64,000 nt of DNA from NCBI RefSeq assembly GCF_009914755.1, contig NC_060941.1. One strand, 5' to 3'. The notes beneath the pieces are model-generated. The model ran no database searches. It was not told the origin of the DNA and worked only from the letters and a program-made list of their open reading frames with translations. This DNA comes from the human T2T-CHM13v2.0 reference genome, Homo sapiens. Of this stretch, positions 1-12,275 are shown piece after piece (the first letter of the stretch is position 1; every line of letters starts with the position of its first letter). The position numbers and the translations under genes are program-made.

Positions 1-1760
1 AAGACCAGGAAGAGAGGAAGTGGAGAAGGAAGACTGTGTTCTTAGAGGGGCATCTTGAAAAAGAGCAGAGAGACAGCCAGCAGCTGGGGGGCCCTGGCCG
101 GCAGGAGAGGGGACAGCATGACTGTTGTTGAGGGTGGCCCCACTGAGGGGGCAACCAGAGCTCCTGGCCAGCCTGGAGTGGGGGACGGCGGTGGGTCTGG
201 CTGGCCAGGCACAGTTGGGTGGGAAGATGGTGTGGTCGGAGCACGTGGACATTCTTTTCTGATTGCTTCTATTTTCTCAGTGAGATGGGAAACAATCATC
301 TCCTTTTTGCTAAATGTGCTGAGCAGGCTTGAGGGATGCCTGGACTTCAGCAGGAAGCAATAGTCATGCCTCGCACATGCGGCTTTCAATCCTGTTTGGT
401 TGGAGAAATAATATACCGCCCAACTAGTTTGTTTTAAATTAGACAAACACCCCGGAGCCTGCCTGCTGCTGGAGACGGCTGTGTTTGGAGTGGGGCTCTC
501 GGCGGTGCTGAGGTCAGCTCTGTTTGACATTCCTGATGTGTGAAGGGCGCACTTAGGACAACACCACCAGGCCACGGGCGTGCAGCTCCCTGGAGCTGCT
601 CCAGGGGCCCTGCCTGAGAAATGTTCCAGTCCTTGAAATTTCTCCCCAGTTTTAAACATCTGTTGGTGCTTGTGGAAAATAAGGTCGGGATTGTTGTGCT
701 CACCGCCCGTGAAAGCTGCCATTGCACGGTCTGTAAAGTGCTGGTGATGAACACTTCACACCGACAGGCTGAGCCTCGGCCCTGGCCACGTCGCTGGGGC
801 CCAGCTTCTGATCAGTCTGTATGGTTCAGCTCTCCGTGGAGTTAAGTCATGACAACCAAGGAACACAGGCATTTGAGGGGATAGCTCTGTTCCCTCCGCC
901 ATGTCCTGGGGCGAGCTGTGTAGACGTCTGTTATCTTGATAAACCCAAACCTCTTGGGGCCAGGTGCCCTGTGCCTTCCTTTGTCCTTCTGTCCACCTGG
1001 CCTTCCATGAGCCTCTGGGGTGGGGCTGTCTCCTTTCTCTCCTGACTTCCCAAAGCACAACTGAAAGCAAACTCTTCCACCCACCATGAGTCTCATTCCA
1101 TCTCTCCAGTGGGCGAGACACGTAGTGTTTTGTTTTATTTCATTTGCTTTGTTTTTTCAATCAAGCTGAGGCCAGCTTGGAGGCCTGTTTTCCTTGGGAT
1201 GGTGGACACATGGATCTCAGGAGTTTGGGGGTGCCCCTTCTGGTCGCAAGGGACCTTCTGGACCCTGTGCCTCCCTCCCACCAGCCTCCCCTGACACCGC
1301 CTCCGTGCTGCTCCTCTCCCGGTGGGCTCCACCCTCACTAGGGCTTCAAACCTGGAATGCTCTTTCCTGGCCTCCTGCCTGTCCCCTTCCCACCAAGCCC
1401 CCCAGTTCCTGCTGAGTGCCACTTCCTGGCTCAGCTGCTCCCATCCAGTGCTGGGCTCAGCCTCGTCACCCACGCCCCACCATAAAGGGTTCTTTACAGC
1501 AGATGGCATCGCTGTCGGCCCCCCAACCGGAGGCGCCCTTCAGGGCAGGAGCCTGTTTCTTGTGGAAGTGTCTTAAGCCCTAAAACGGTGCCCAGTGCAC
1601 AGTTAAATAAAAATCAGAGCCCCAAGAGCAAACCTTAGCCCCTCACGGTGACTACAGCCCTTCCAAAGAGGGGCCATATCACGTGCACAGTGACCCTCTC
1701 CACGTGGGTCCCTTGGTTTGTGAGGGCCTTGGTTTGCAGGCCATAGACTGACACAGTGGC

Positions 1761-1873
1761 ACCTGGTGTGAGGGGAAGAGGGTGTGGAGGCCACAGACCC
1801 ACACGGTGGTACCTGGTGTGAGGGAAAGAGGGTGTGGGGGCCACAGACCCACACGGTGGCACCTGGTGTGAGG
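1761..1873. repeat. 50-bp tandem duplication (~2.3 copies)
   Basis: acctggtgtgagg(g/ga)aagagggtgtgg..ccacagacccacacggtgg starts at 1761 and 1811, with a partial third copy at 1861. Confidence 0.9.
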
Positions 1874-3196
1874 ACCTTCTGAAGGTACCCGTGGGTGAGG
1901 GGATCATTTGGATGGACTGCAAAATGGCCATGTGGCTTTAGTGACACCTTTAGGATGTAATAAACTTCAGAGTCAACCTTAATTCTGGGAGAGAGACATC
2001 TTCACTTTTCTGGTGCCATAACTGCCTCTTTGTGGAACGCAAAGCAAAACTAAAGTCATTTTTCTTGTTTGTTTTTAAGGCCCTTCAGGCTCTAGGGTGA
2101 GTTTCTGGTTTGAGGGGAAGGCCTTTCCTCCTGACTCCAGCCCTCCTTGACAAGGTCTCCGTAAAGCATGCTTTCTCTTAGGGACCCTCAGAGGGAGGCT
2201 TGGTGGGGACATGGGGTCAGGGACATCATCAAATGCTAGACGCCCGGCTGGGGCTGCCCCGAGGGCTCTGAGAGGAGGGGGCAATCCTGCGTGGCCAGGT
2301 GGGTGGTGAGTGTGACCTGGGTGGTTGGCAGTGGCTTCCGTCCAAGGTCCTGGCCAGGAGCGGAATCCCACAGCCACGGCAGGCCATTAGTGGCTGAGTG
2401 AAGTTTGTTCAGGGTGGCCTGACCAAAGGCAGGCCCTGAGGACAGCTGTTGCTGGCTCTTGGTGGAAAGAGGCTGAGGCCAAAGGGTTTATAGGTGTTCA
2501 AATTGGAAAGTGGAACAGGAGACCTAAGTACGCTCCCTCTGACCAGGTTAGGGGGTACTGATGGGGAGTCCCTCAGTAGAGGCAGGGGCCACCTCTTCTG
2601 ACCCCAAGGGACCCAGGCCAAGAAGGAGCCCCCTCTCCCCCAGGGCCAGGGGGACCCCAGCCTGCCCCACACTGGCACTTTGCAGCACCAGGGAGAGACC
2701 AGGCCTCCTCTGGGACAGGTTCCAGGCTTACGGGAGCTTTGGTCAGAGGGGCAGCCACCCCTGCCCACTCTAAGAACGTGACCCCAGAAAGGGGCATCAT
2801 TTCTTCAACAGAAGAGGAGGCGAGATGAGCTTGGTGCCAGTTCCACGGAGCCACAGTGACATAACCCTCCGAACATTCGTGACCAACCACGGAGCACAGT
2901 GACATAAACCTCCAAACATTCATGACCAACCTCGATTATACAGTCACACCCAGCCCCGAGTGGATTTACCAGAGACAGGATGTTCCCCACCAGGCTCTCC
3001 CACTAGGCAGATCCTCAGCACTTGGCTCAAGAGTGGAACAGACCCCACTAGCCATTGCAGGCCGTTGGGCAGGCAGCCCTCCGACCTCAGCCCATGTGCA
3101 TATGGGGTGGGGGACCCGTGGGCAAAACTTGGGGTCCTAACCTGGGGGGGTCAAACCCTCCACACGCAAGTCCTGGTCAGAATCACTCAGAACTGA

Positions 3197-4023
3197 CCCT
3201 CCCCTGTGCCAGCCCCTCCCCTGTACCAGCTCCTCCCCTGTGCCAGCCCCTCCCCTGTACCAAGCCCCTCCCCTGTACCAGCTCCTCCCCTGTACCAGCC
3301 CCTCCCCTGTGCCAGCTCCTCCCCTGTGCCGGCCCCTCCCCTGTACCAGCTCCTCCCCTGTACCAGCCCCTCCCCTGTACCAGCCCCTCCCCTGTACCAA
3401 GCCCCTCCCCTGTACCAGCTCCTCCCCTGTACCAGCTCCTCCCCTGTACCAGCCCCTCCCCTGTACCAGCCCCTCCCCTGTACCACCTCCTCCCCTGTGC
3501 AAAGCCCCTCCCCTGTACCAGCTCCTCCCCTGTACCAGCTCCTCCCCTGTACCAGCTCCTCCCCTGTACCAGCCCCTCCCCTGTACCAGCCCCTCCCCTG
3601 TACCAGCTCCTCCCCTGTGCAAAGCCCCTCCCCGTACCAGCCCCTCCCCTGTACCAAGCCCCTCCCCAGTACCAGCTCCTCCCCTGTACCAGCCCCTCCC
3701 CTGTACCAGCTCCTCCCCTGTGCAAAGCCCCTCCCCTGTCCCAGCTCCTCCCCTGTACCAGCTCCTCCCCTGTGCAAAGCCCCTCCCCTGTCCCAGCTCC
3801 TCCCCTGTACCAGCTCCTCCCCTGTGCCAGCCCCTCCCCTGTACCAGCCCCTCCCCTGTGCAAAGCCCCTCCCTTGTACCAGCTCCTCCCCTGTACCAGC
3901 TCCTCCCCTGTACCAGCTCCTCCCCTGTACCAGCTCCTCCCCTGTGCCAGCCCCTCCCCTGTACCAGCTCCTCCCCTGTACAAAGCCCCTCCCCTGTCCC
4001 AGCTCCTCCCCTGTACCAGCCCC
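3197..4023. repeat. C-rich 17/18-bp minisatellite (~48 copies)
   Basis: Units cagc(t/c)cctcccctgt(a/g)c plus 18-bp (c/a)aagcccctcccctgtac variants; explains the six overlapping repetitive ORFs. Confidence 0.97.
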
Positions 4024-5129
4024 CAGACCCTGAACAGCACTGGCCACTACACGGAGCCACCACCCTGGCCCTGGCCTGGGTGGGTGGGGGTCCCCCGGGG
4101 AGCACAGCGCAGTGCTAGGGCCCCTGTAGCAGATTCCCAGGAGACACACACCCAGCTGGGCCTGCTGACACTAGCCCTGCATTCCCACACCCCCTCCCCT
4201 GGCCCTCTCAGCTGCCTTGTCCTCTCCTGGTCAGCTGCCTGGGGACACTGTCGCGATGCCTGGCCCCTGACCTTGCCCGAAGCTCCTCGGTGTCTGGACA
4301 TTCAGCCCGACATGCTCTGAGGTTTGGGGCAGGTCCAGCACTCTGTGGGTCCACCCCATCAGCCCTCAGGGTGGGACTCATGCAGCCACAGTTTGAGAGT
4401 TCCAGGAACCACAAGTCCTGAGTCAGCGGGCACCTGACCCCTTATGTCACCTGCCCCAGGTGGAAGGAGACGCTACAGGGACCAAGCATGGTTGGTAAAC
4501 GTGTGTGTGTATGTGCACTCACGCCTGTGTGTTAAAATGCTTCAGAGAAAGAGCAGCCCAGGAACGTGGGGGTTGGACGGGATGTGGAGGTGTGGGCTGT
4601 GCCTAGGGGTCCCTCCTGGGGCTGTGTGGGTGTGAGTGGAGGACTGAGGAAAAGCCTCCTTACCCGGGAGTGTGTGGGGGTGCTGTTTCTCGTATACTTT
4701 ATTTCCTGTTTTAACACATGTGGGTGTCCTGAAATAAAAGCCGTTAGCCGCCCACAAGAATGAGCAGGTTTGCTGGATCACAGTCCCCCACCCGGTGCCA
4801 GGCTGCCTGCCTGGGAGACTCAGGGTCCTCCCCAATCCTGCCTCCCCACCTCCACACAAGGGTGAATCTGAAGCCCCAGGCACCCACGCCAGGGGAACTG
4901 AGGTAGAGCAGACCTCCAGCATCCCCCCGTGACCTGGCAGATGGCAGTGGACATTGCCCTCCCCAGACACCCCTGTGAGTTGTCAGCTCTGCCTGCTGGG
5001 GTGGAGCCCCTGACTTGGGTGAGCCAAGGGTGGGGGGGAGGGTGGTGAACCAGCCGGCCCCCCAGGTTTCCTGAACCCTTTCTCAGTCTCCTGGAAGGGG
5101 CTGAGGGGCCTGGCACCTTCCCACCAGAG

Positions 5130-5422
5130 CAGTGGTCCCCAACCCTTTTGACACCAGGGACAGGTTTTGTGGAAGACACTTATTCTGTGGGTGTTGGAGA
5201 GAAGAAGGGATGGTTTCCCTCTCAGATCATCAGGCATTAGATTCTCATAAGGAGCGGACAACCTAGATCCCTTGCGTGCAGTTCACAATAGGGGTCACGC
5301 TCCTGTGAGAAGTGAATGCCGCCGCTGATCCGAGAGGAGGCGGAGCTCAGGGTCAGGCCGGTCCACCGCTCACCTCCCACCGCGCGGCCGGTTCCTAACA
5401 GACCACAGCCTGGGGACCCCTG
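5130..5422 (+). mobile_element. MER1B-like hAT-Charlie DNA transposon (non-autonomous)
   Basis: TIRs cagtggtcccca...tggggacccctg; 8-bp TSD caccagag/ctccagag; internal cagatcatcaggcattagattctcataaggagc matches recalled MER1 consensus. Confidence 0.9.
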
Positions 5423-8289
5423 CTCCAGAGGACGGGGAGTGTCTCTCTGTCATCCCCAACGGGCCAGTGATCCCGCTGGAGGGGCTGGGGCTGCACAGGA
5501 CACAGGCTCAGCTGTGCTGCTGGCCACCCATGACCCAATCAGAGGCTCAGGTCAGAGGGCAAAGATGTCCACTGAAGCGGCTCCAGAATCCCTCAAGGAA
5601 GGTGACATCCGCTTCGCTTCCTCCTCCAGCCCCACCTTCGCTTCCGGGACCACAGAGCCCCTGGAGCCTGCACGCCACGGAGTCTCCCACTGAGGAGTGA
5701 GGAGGCCTCTTGTGGGGACAGATCTGGGTGAGTCAGGAGGCCCTGCGGGGCTGGGCTGGGCTGGGCTTAGGGGCTGGAGCGGGGAGGGTTTCTCAGACTG
5801 GAGTGGGAGACTTGAGGTGGAGATGTGGGTTAGGTCAGGGTCAACCCTGAAAGATTGAGAATCACACGGGGCTGCTCACCTTGGGCGTGAGGAGCAAGGT
5901 CTCTGGGACTGACTAGGTGAAGACCGGTTTCCTGGGACGGGCACGACAGGGACTTGAGACCCGTCTTAGGCTGTGTCAGGGCAGCTGAGAAACTTGCTGG
6001 CTTGTGGGTCATGGAGCCCCAGGAGCCGGTCGAGGTGCAGGAGGGGGCCTGGGTGGGGCTGAGTCAAGGGCTCCGGCCAAGCCCCTGTGGCCCAGGCGGT
6101 ATTTGTTTATGCCTCATGGCCGGGAGGAGCCACTGCCTTCACCACATCCCACCGGGGTGGGGCGGGTACCACCCTCTGGGACAGGGAAACTTCAAGTGGG
6201 AATTTGGGCAAATTTGAACTCAGCTGGATTTTCAGTTTGTTGTTCTTTGAAGGAATTCAGGACTGTGTGCCAGCGCTGGCCACACCACCAGGAGGCCTGG
6301 CCTGGCCCGAGAGGGATGCCAGCTTGGCATCTCCCACAGGGCAGGGCGTGTTGGGAGCCGCTGTTGGCTGGGGGCTGGCCTGAGCCTGACTGCCTATGTG
6401 GAGCTGGCAAGGAGTGAAGACCCTGCTGCCAGCACAGGGCCGAGGCTCTCCGGCTAAGGACAGGCTTAGGACAGGCCTAGGCTCTGGGGTCCTCAGCCCC
6501 CTCCCAGCAGGGCCCGGCCCATGCTGCCAGACCTGGGATGTGCCCCTGGACCTCCCTACCTCGGGCCTCTGCCCACCCCAGCCTCCTCCCCCAGACCCCT
6601 CGGTCTCTGCCCCTGGAGGAAGCCGGGAGTGTTTCTTTTGGAAATGACCCCAGTTTGTGGTTGTTCTTTGTAGACACACCCCCTGCTGGGGATGAGAAGT
6701 CCCCCTGGACCTTGGTTTGGGCGGGAAACCGGCTGTGTCCCACGTTAACCTAAATCGTCTTTTCCTCTTTACGTTCCAGAGTCATGCTTGAGGCCAGGCT
6801 CGAATCCTGCCTGCCTTTGGTGGCTCTGAGATTCAGGGCTGTCTTTTCTGAGAGCACCCAAGTGAGGTGCCTTGGGATGCCCCTGACTTGGAGACACAGA
6901 GGAGGCTGGGCACCCCTTTTCCCCGACGCACTGAGCCAGGTCAGCAGAGGTGCTGGGGCCTGGCATGGCCCCTGGGAAAGAACCTGCTTTCCTCTTGTGG
7001 GAAGTCAAATCCTCGCACTCAGTGCCGGCACCCCTTGGCGGGTGACAAGAGGGCATCTCGAAGGCCACTGTGCTATGGGAGTTACGGCTTTGACTCTGAG
7101 ACGGGGGCCTGGGTGAGGACCTGGTATCCTCAAAGTCCCCGTGGCTGCCCTGTGGAGAAGACTCTGTTGGGAGAGGGCGCTGCCTCCCAGAAGTGTCCCA
7201 AGGTCCAGGAAGGAATGGGGGGAAGAGGACAGGAGGGTGTTCTCACAGTCACTGTGACCTCTGGTGAGCAGAGGGTCCTTCTCAAGCTACTGAATCCTCA
7301 TGGGGCTTGGGTGAGGGAGCGAGGATAGGCCAGGAGCCAGAGGCTCAGGAGGGGATGGCCTCACTGTGGAAGGTGCAGGGGTGGTCCAGCCTGAGCCCTC
7401 TGCCCCCCGCTGCAGCTCAGCACCCCCCCCCCACGCACACTTACCCAGGGGGTTGCAAAGTGATGGGTGTTGGCTCTGGAACTAGTCCCATGTTGTTTCC
7501 CAGGGAAGGAGCCACACCCTTCTCAGACCTCTGGGCTGATGCACGAAACGGCAGCCCTGCCTGGGCTGCCCACCGCCCGTCACAGAACGATCCCGCTGCA
7601 AATTTCACAGGCATCTGGATCGAATAACAGGCTGATAGGGCGTATAAAATTAGAGACAGAACTCTCCAGAAGGCAGGGTGGAGGCTGCAGCTCCCTGGGA
7701 TTCCACGTGAGAAGGCAGTGATGCTGCTGCCCCCACGGGAAGGACGGATGCTGAGTCAGTGGGAAGACAGTGGGAAGCCCAGCCTGGAGGGGAACGGGGG
7801 ACGGGGTGGGGGGTGGTCCAGAAAAAGCAGCAGGCGGTTGGGGTGGGACACAGGGACTGTCCCGCCCGGGGAGGCCCCCAGACCAGGAGGGCCAGACCCT
7901 ACCGCCCCTCTGCAGGACCCCATCCCTGCTTCACTCCCTTGCTCCTAGTTCTGAGTTGGGCCCAGCCTGAGTCTCCACCAGGTGGACAGTAGCTCCTCGG
8001 GGCAGCTGGGTGTGGGATCTGCAGGCTCAGGCAGCCACCCAGATACTAGCGGCCTCCCTGCCCTCCAAAAGCCCAGCCTGGGATGAACCTTGACAAAGGC
8101 CCTAGACCACAGCAACCACCCCACCAGGGCTCTGAGTTCTCCATGAGGACTGGTTTCCCTGGAAGGTGAACACTCAGGGGCTGGGACCCTTAAGGATTGT
8201 TCTTCTCAGGTCTTCACCGTTTCCAGACGTGTGCCTTAGACATCTGCACGGACATCTCTTCCCAGGGATGGGCGTCTCAGGGCAGGTGC

Positions 8290-8790
8290 ATTTAAACTTG
8301 TGATAGAGACTCCAAATCACCTCTCAAAAGCCTGTTCCCATTCACACCCCTGCATACGGCATGTCAGTGGATCCCTTCCTCACTGGAGCAACACTAGATT
8401 TAGTCATAAAATATTTTTCAATTTCTTATTTCTATGATTAATAGGGAGGTTGGATATTTTGTGATATTCATTAGTTTATTTGACTATGTTTCTGTTTTTA
8501 CCCTTTACCACTTTTCTAGCTAGTCATTTGCTTTTTTCTTGTTGATTTGTGGGAGTTCTTTATATATGATGAATATCAGTACTTTGTGTTTACATTGCAG
8601 ATATTCGTTCCCAGTCTGCTGCTTATTATTTTACCTTTTTAAGGTTGTTCTTTTCATCACATAAAAGTTTTTAAATTTTAAGTAGTCAAATGGTTTCCTT
8701 TAAGGCTTTGGATTTTGCATTTTTATACCAAAATGCTCTTGTATTTTCTTCCAAACTTTATAATTATTCTTTTTTTTTTTTTTTTTTTGC
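8290..8790 (-). mobile_element. Old L1 fragment (L1M/L1ME-like)
   Basis: T-rich block with ttgatttgtgggagttctttatatatg...cattgcagatattcgttcccagtctg, typical antisense L1 ORF2 3' sequence. Confidence 0.65.
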
Positions 8791-8879
8791 CTTTAAGTTC
8801 ATTTTGGGGCATGGGGTGAGACAGAATAGCACCATTTTTCCACATTAAATCTTAGATATTGTGAGCCCTGGAGGACACA

Positions 8880-9110
8880 AATTACAGCTTAGAGGCCTGG
8901 AGCATGATTCTGGAGCCAGGCTTCCTGGGCCGGAGTCCACGTCCTGCCCATGGTGGCTGGCCATTGCTTTGGGGAGCCTCTCTGAGCCTCAGTGTCCTCT
9001 TTGAAAGAGTGGTTGTTCAGAGTAAGAGGGTATCTTCCTGTGGACGACTCAGCTTGCGTCTCAGCCCACAGTGAGCGAAGAACCAGGGGGTCTCACAGAG
9101 CCCTGACTCA
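8880..9110 (+). mobile_element. MIR SINE fragment
   Basis: tctggagccaggcttcctggg...cctctctgagcctcagtgtcctc resembles the MIR core. Confidence 0.55.
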
Positions 9111-11883
9111 GGCGCTGAGGGTCCCCCTAACCTCCAGGCAATTCGGCCTGCACCCCCACCCCCGCTTCTTCTTGCCTCTTCTAGAAGAGAGGAGGGTGGC
9201 GGTAAGGCTGGAAGGGGGAAGAAAATCTGTTTCCCAAAGCCTCCAGGTGATTCAGCCAGAGTGAGACCAAATGGCTTGGGTCTTGGGTTTTCAGCTTCCT
9301 CACCTGTGCGGTGCAGGTGACAGCACCCCACTTCCTACTCTGTGGGCAGGTAACACCTGCGTGCTCTGAGAAGGGGAAAACATCTCCACCCTCCCCAGAG
9401 GCCTGCACGGCCGGAGGTCACAGTGAGGCGGCCACACGCCCCGGGCTCTTGCTCCGAGGGGACGCTGTCCCAACAAGAGGCCCCCTCACAGTCTGTCCTG
9501 ACCCTGGCTCTGTGGCCCCTCCTTCTCCTTGATCAGGCCCCTCCCGGGTCTACCGGGATCTCTGGCTGCCCCCCGACCCCCTGCTGCAGCCCCAACCCTA
9601 GGTCTCCACAAAGACTTCGGGATGCCCCGTGAGCCCCTGGGTCCTGGACCCCTCTTCCTCCTCCAGCCCCTCCTCTCCCAGCTGCTCCTGGCTGCCCTTT
9701 AATTGCTCAGAGCTGTTCAGCAACCTGGCGCGTAGCTGGTACATAAGTGGCTGTTGGTTGGAGTCAAGTGAGTGATGGGGAGATGCTAAGAAGAGTGAAA
9801 GAAGCCTCGGCACCCGCCGGGAGCAGGTGCTGGGGGTGTGAGTGCCGCTGAATGAACGCGTCCTGGGACGGGATCCTGAAGCCCACCCTCCCGCCGGGCC
9901 CCCACAACCCAGAGCGCACACCAAACTTTCTACGTGTCTTTCCCGGTCAGCCTGAGCCCAAACCACCCATGTCCCTGAGCTTGTCCTTGTCTGAAAGAGG
10001 AGGGAAGTGTCTGTGTCCTCAGGAGCCCCTGGCCTTAAAGATAGGCACCCTGGCTCTGGCAGGCAGGTGGCCCCTGGCAGCCTCGCCCACGCCCGCGGTG
10101 ACTAGCTCTCGGGCAAGCGATGCAAGTGCAGAAACCAGCTCTGTGTGGTCAGTGCCCCGGAGCTGCAGCGGCAGCAGAGGTCGGAACACCTTCCTCTGTG
10201 GGCACGCCACGGAAATTTAAAGACACAGGGTGCTCTTTCGCAAACCGGGCTCGTTGATTCTACAGGAGAAGGTAACTATTATTGAGTTTCTTCTTTTTCA
10301 GAATGAGTGGCATCCAAACCTGACTCATATTTCCAACTTTATTAATTTTTGCAAGACTTCGGAGGGTGCTCTGTGGCGATTAATATTGCTGAGCTGAGCA
10401 CAGCTGCAATACTTTCCTGTAAAACTGACTAAAGGAGAAGTTGGTGTCTTCCTCATACAAGAAATACATAAATCAGTTAAAAATAGTTCTCCGAGCGGAT
10501 ATGATGATGTCGTGGCCGTCACAGGAAACACATGAATCAGCCTCATCCTCAGTTCCAGGGAAGTGGGGACAGTCGGTGGTCCTTGGACCCCTCTTGGGGC
10601 GCGTGGGTGAGGCAGGGTCCCTCTGGCTTTACCTCATACCCGGACTGGCAAAGCTGCCTGGGAGGACAACTAAAACCATGCTCCTTTGATTCTGTGGACA
10701 TTGCTAATTGCTGGGCGTTCATTTCTTGAATTCAGACCTTCTCATGAACCAGAGGAGCTGGCTCAGAAAAATGCCGGTGACGCATGGGCCTGAACTGGTC
10801 AGTGCAGCTCAGAGATGCTCGCCGTGGGGGACGTGCAGTTTGCCTGTGGGCCAGTTGTCCACCCGTCACCGTTACCCCGCTGAGGAAGCTGTGGGTGCCA
10901 CCCAGAGAGCTTGGGTACAACACGGTCTCTGCTTTACTCATAAAAAGCCAAGACCTATGTGGTCATGGAGCGTTAAAACAGAAATTTCACACCACGCCGT
11001 ACGGTCCCCGAGGCCAGGGTGTTGGCACATTTCACATCCAGGAGGTGCCGTCGCTGTCACTGGCTCAGCAAAGCCAGTGCCGAAGCCACTGCAACTGCCT
11101 GAGGCCCAGCGGTGGCTGGGAGCCAATTGGTGTCACTCGGTTACCACAGGGAAGGAGACGTGGCTGTAGAGGCTTGTCGCAGGTCACAGAGAAGGGACTT
11201 TTGGGCTCCAGGCCTAGTGGGTTCGAGTCAGCACGGTGTCTTCCCCGACACCAAACCCAAGGACCCTCAGCACTTCCTGACCTCAGGTTTCTATTTCTAG
11301 GGTGGGGAGTAGAGGTGAAGGGAAGCAAAGTCAGAGTTGAATATAAAGCTCCAGAAAAACTCAGCTCAGAATTGACTAGAGGGTTGAGAGCCTGAGATCC
11401 CTAAGGGGACATGTCAACCCAGGGCAGCCGCTGAGGGAGATTGACATGGTTTCCATGGTCCTTCCACTGGGCTGGGGCCCTCCCTGGGGAGTCTGTGCTG
11501 GGCTGGACCTTCTTCCCTGCCAGTGGCCTCTCCTGGCTGGGTGGGGAGCTCCGGGGGAGCAGACGGCAAGAGTCTTGTTTGGAAACATGCCCTTCCCAGG
11601 AAATCCCCAAAACAAAACCTGAGAAGATCTCCTGGAAGCTCAAAAGCAATTTTCTTTTCATATGTCGGGCCAATAAGAGTTAATTTCACCCAGTTTCTAT
11701 ATTTTCATGGGTCCTTAGAAGCTTTCTGACCCTGTGCCCTGAGACTTAGGGTCTGATGGCTGAAGGAACCTTGGTCCCAGGTCCCTCTCCTGTGGAGGGG
11801 CCGTCAGAGGGAGAGAAGAGCTCGCCCTGGTTCACTTGGCCTGTCCTGAAAGAGAACCAGGAGGGAGAGCAGCCTAGCATGGG

Positions 11884-12275
11884 TGCACACAAGCATATGT
11901 ACAAACATGTGCTAGGGCAACTCACACACGTCCACATGCATGCACATACACACATGCCCACACCCATGCACACTTATGTGTGCACACAGATTCAGACTGT
12001 ACCTGTACACTTCCACACTTCCACATGCATGCACATACACACATGCCCACACCCATGCACACTTGTGTGTGCACACACAGATTCAGACTGTACCTGTACA
12101 CTTACTTCCACATGCATGCACATACATGTCCACGCCCATGCACACTTGTATGTGCTTGCACAGATTCACACGTGTACATGCACACACACATTAGCATGTC
12201 CTTGCATATGCACACATACACACATCTGACTTCACATTACATACACACATGTACATGCACATACATGACACACAT
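11884..12275. repeat. CA/CATG-rich low-complexity tract with an internal ~85-bp duplication
   Basis: cacatgcatgcacatacacacatgcccacacccatgcacactt..cagattcagactgtacctgtacactt occurs twice. Confidence 0.85.

Noticed and set aside
42-722. 226-aa minus-strand ORF
   Set aside because: No recognisable homology or exon structure; chance ORF in GC-rich DNA
3197-4023. PRDM9-A motif (CCNCCNTNNCCNC) in the C-rich unit
   Set aside because: Spacing does not fit when aligned by hand
3055-4320. Long Pro-rich and Gly-rich ORFs in all six frames
   Set aside because: By-product of a stop-free 17/18-bp minisatellite
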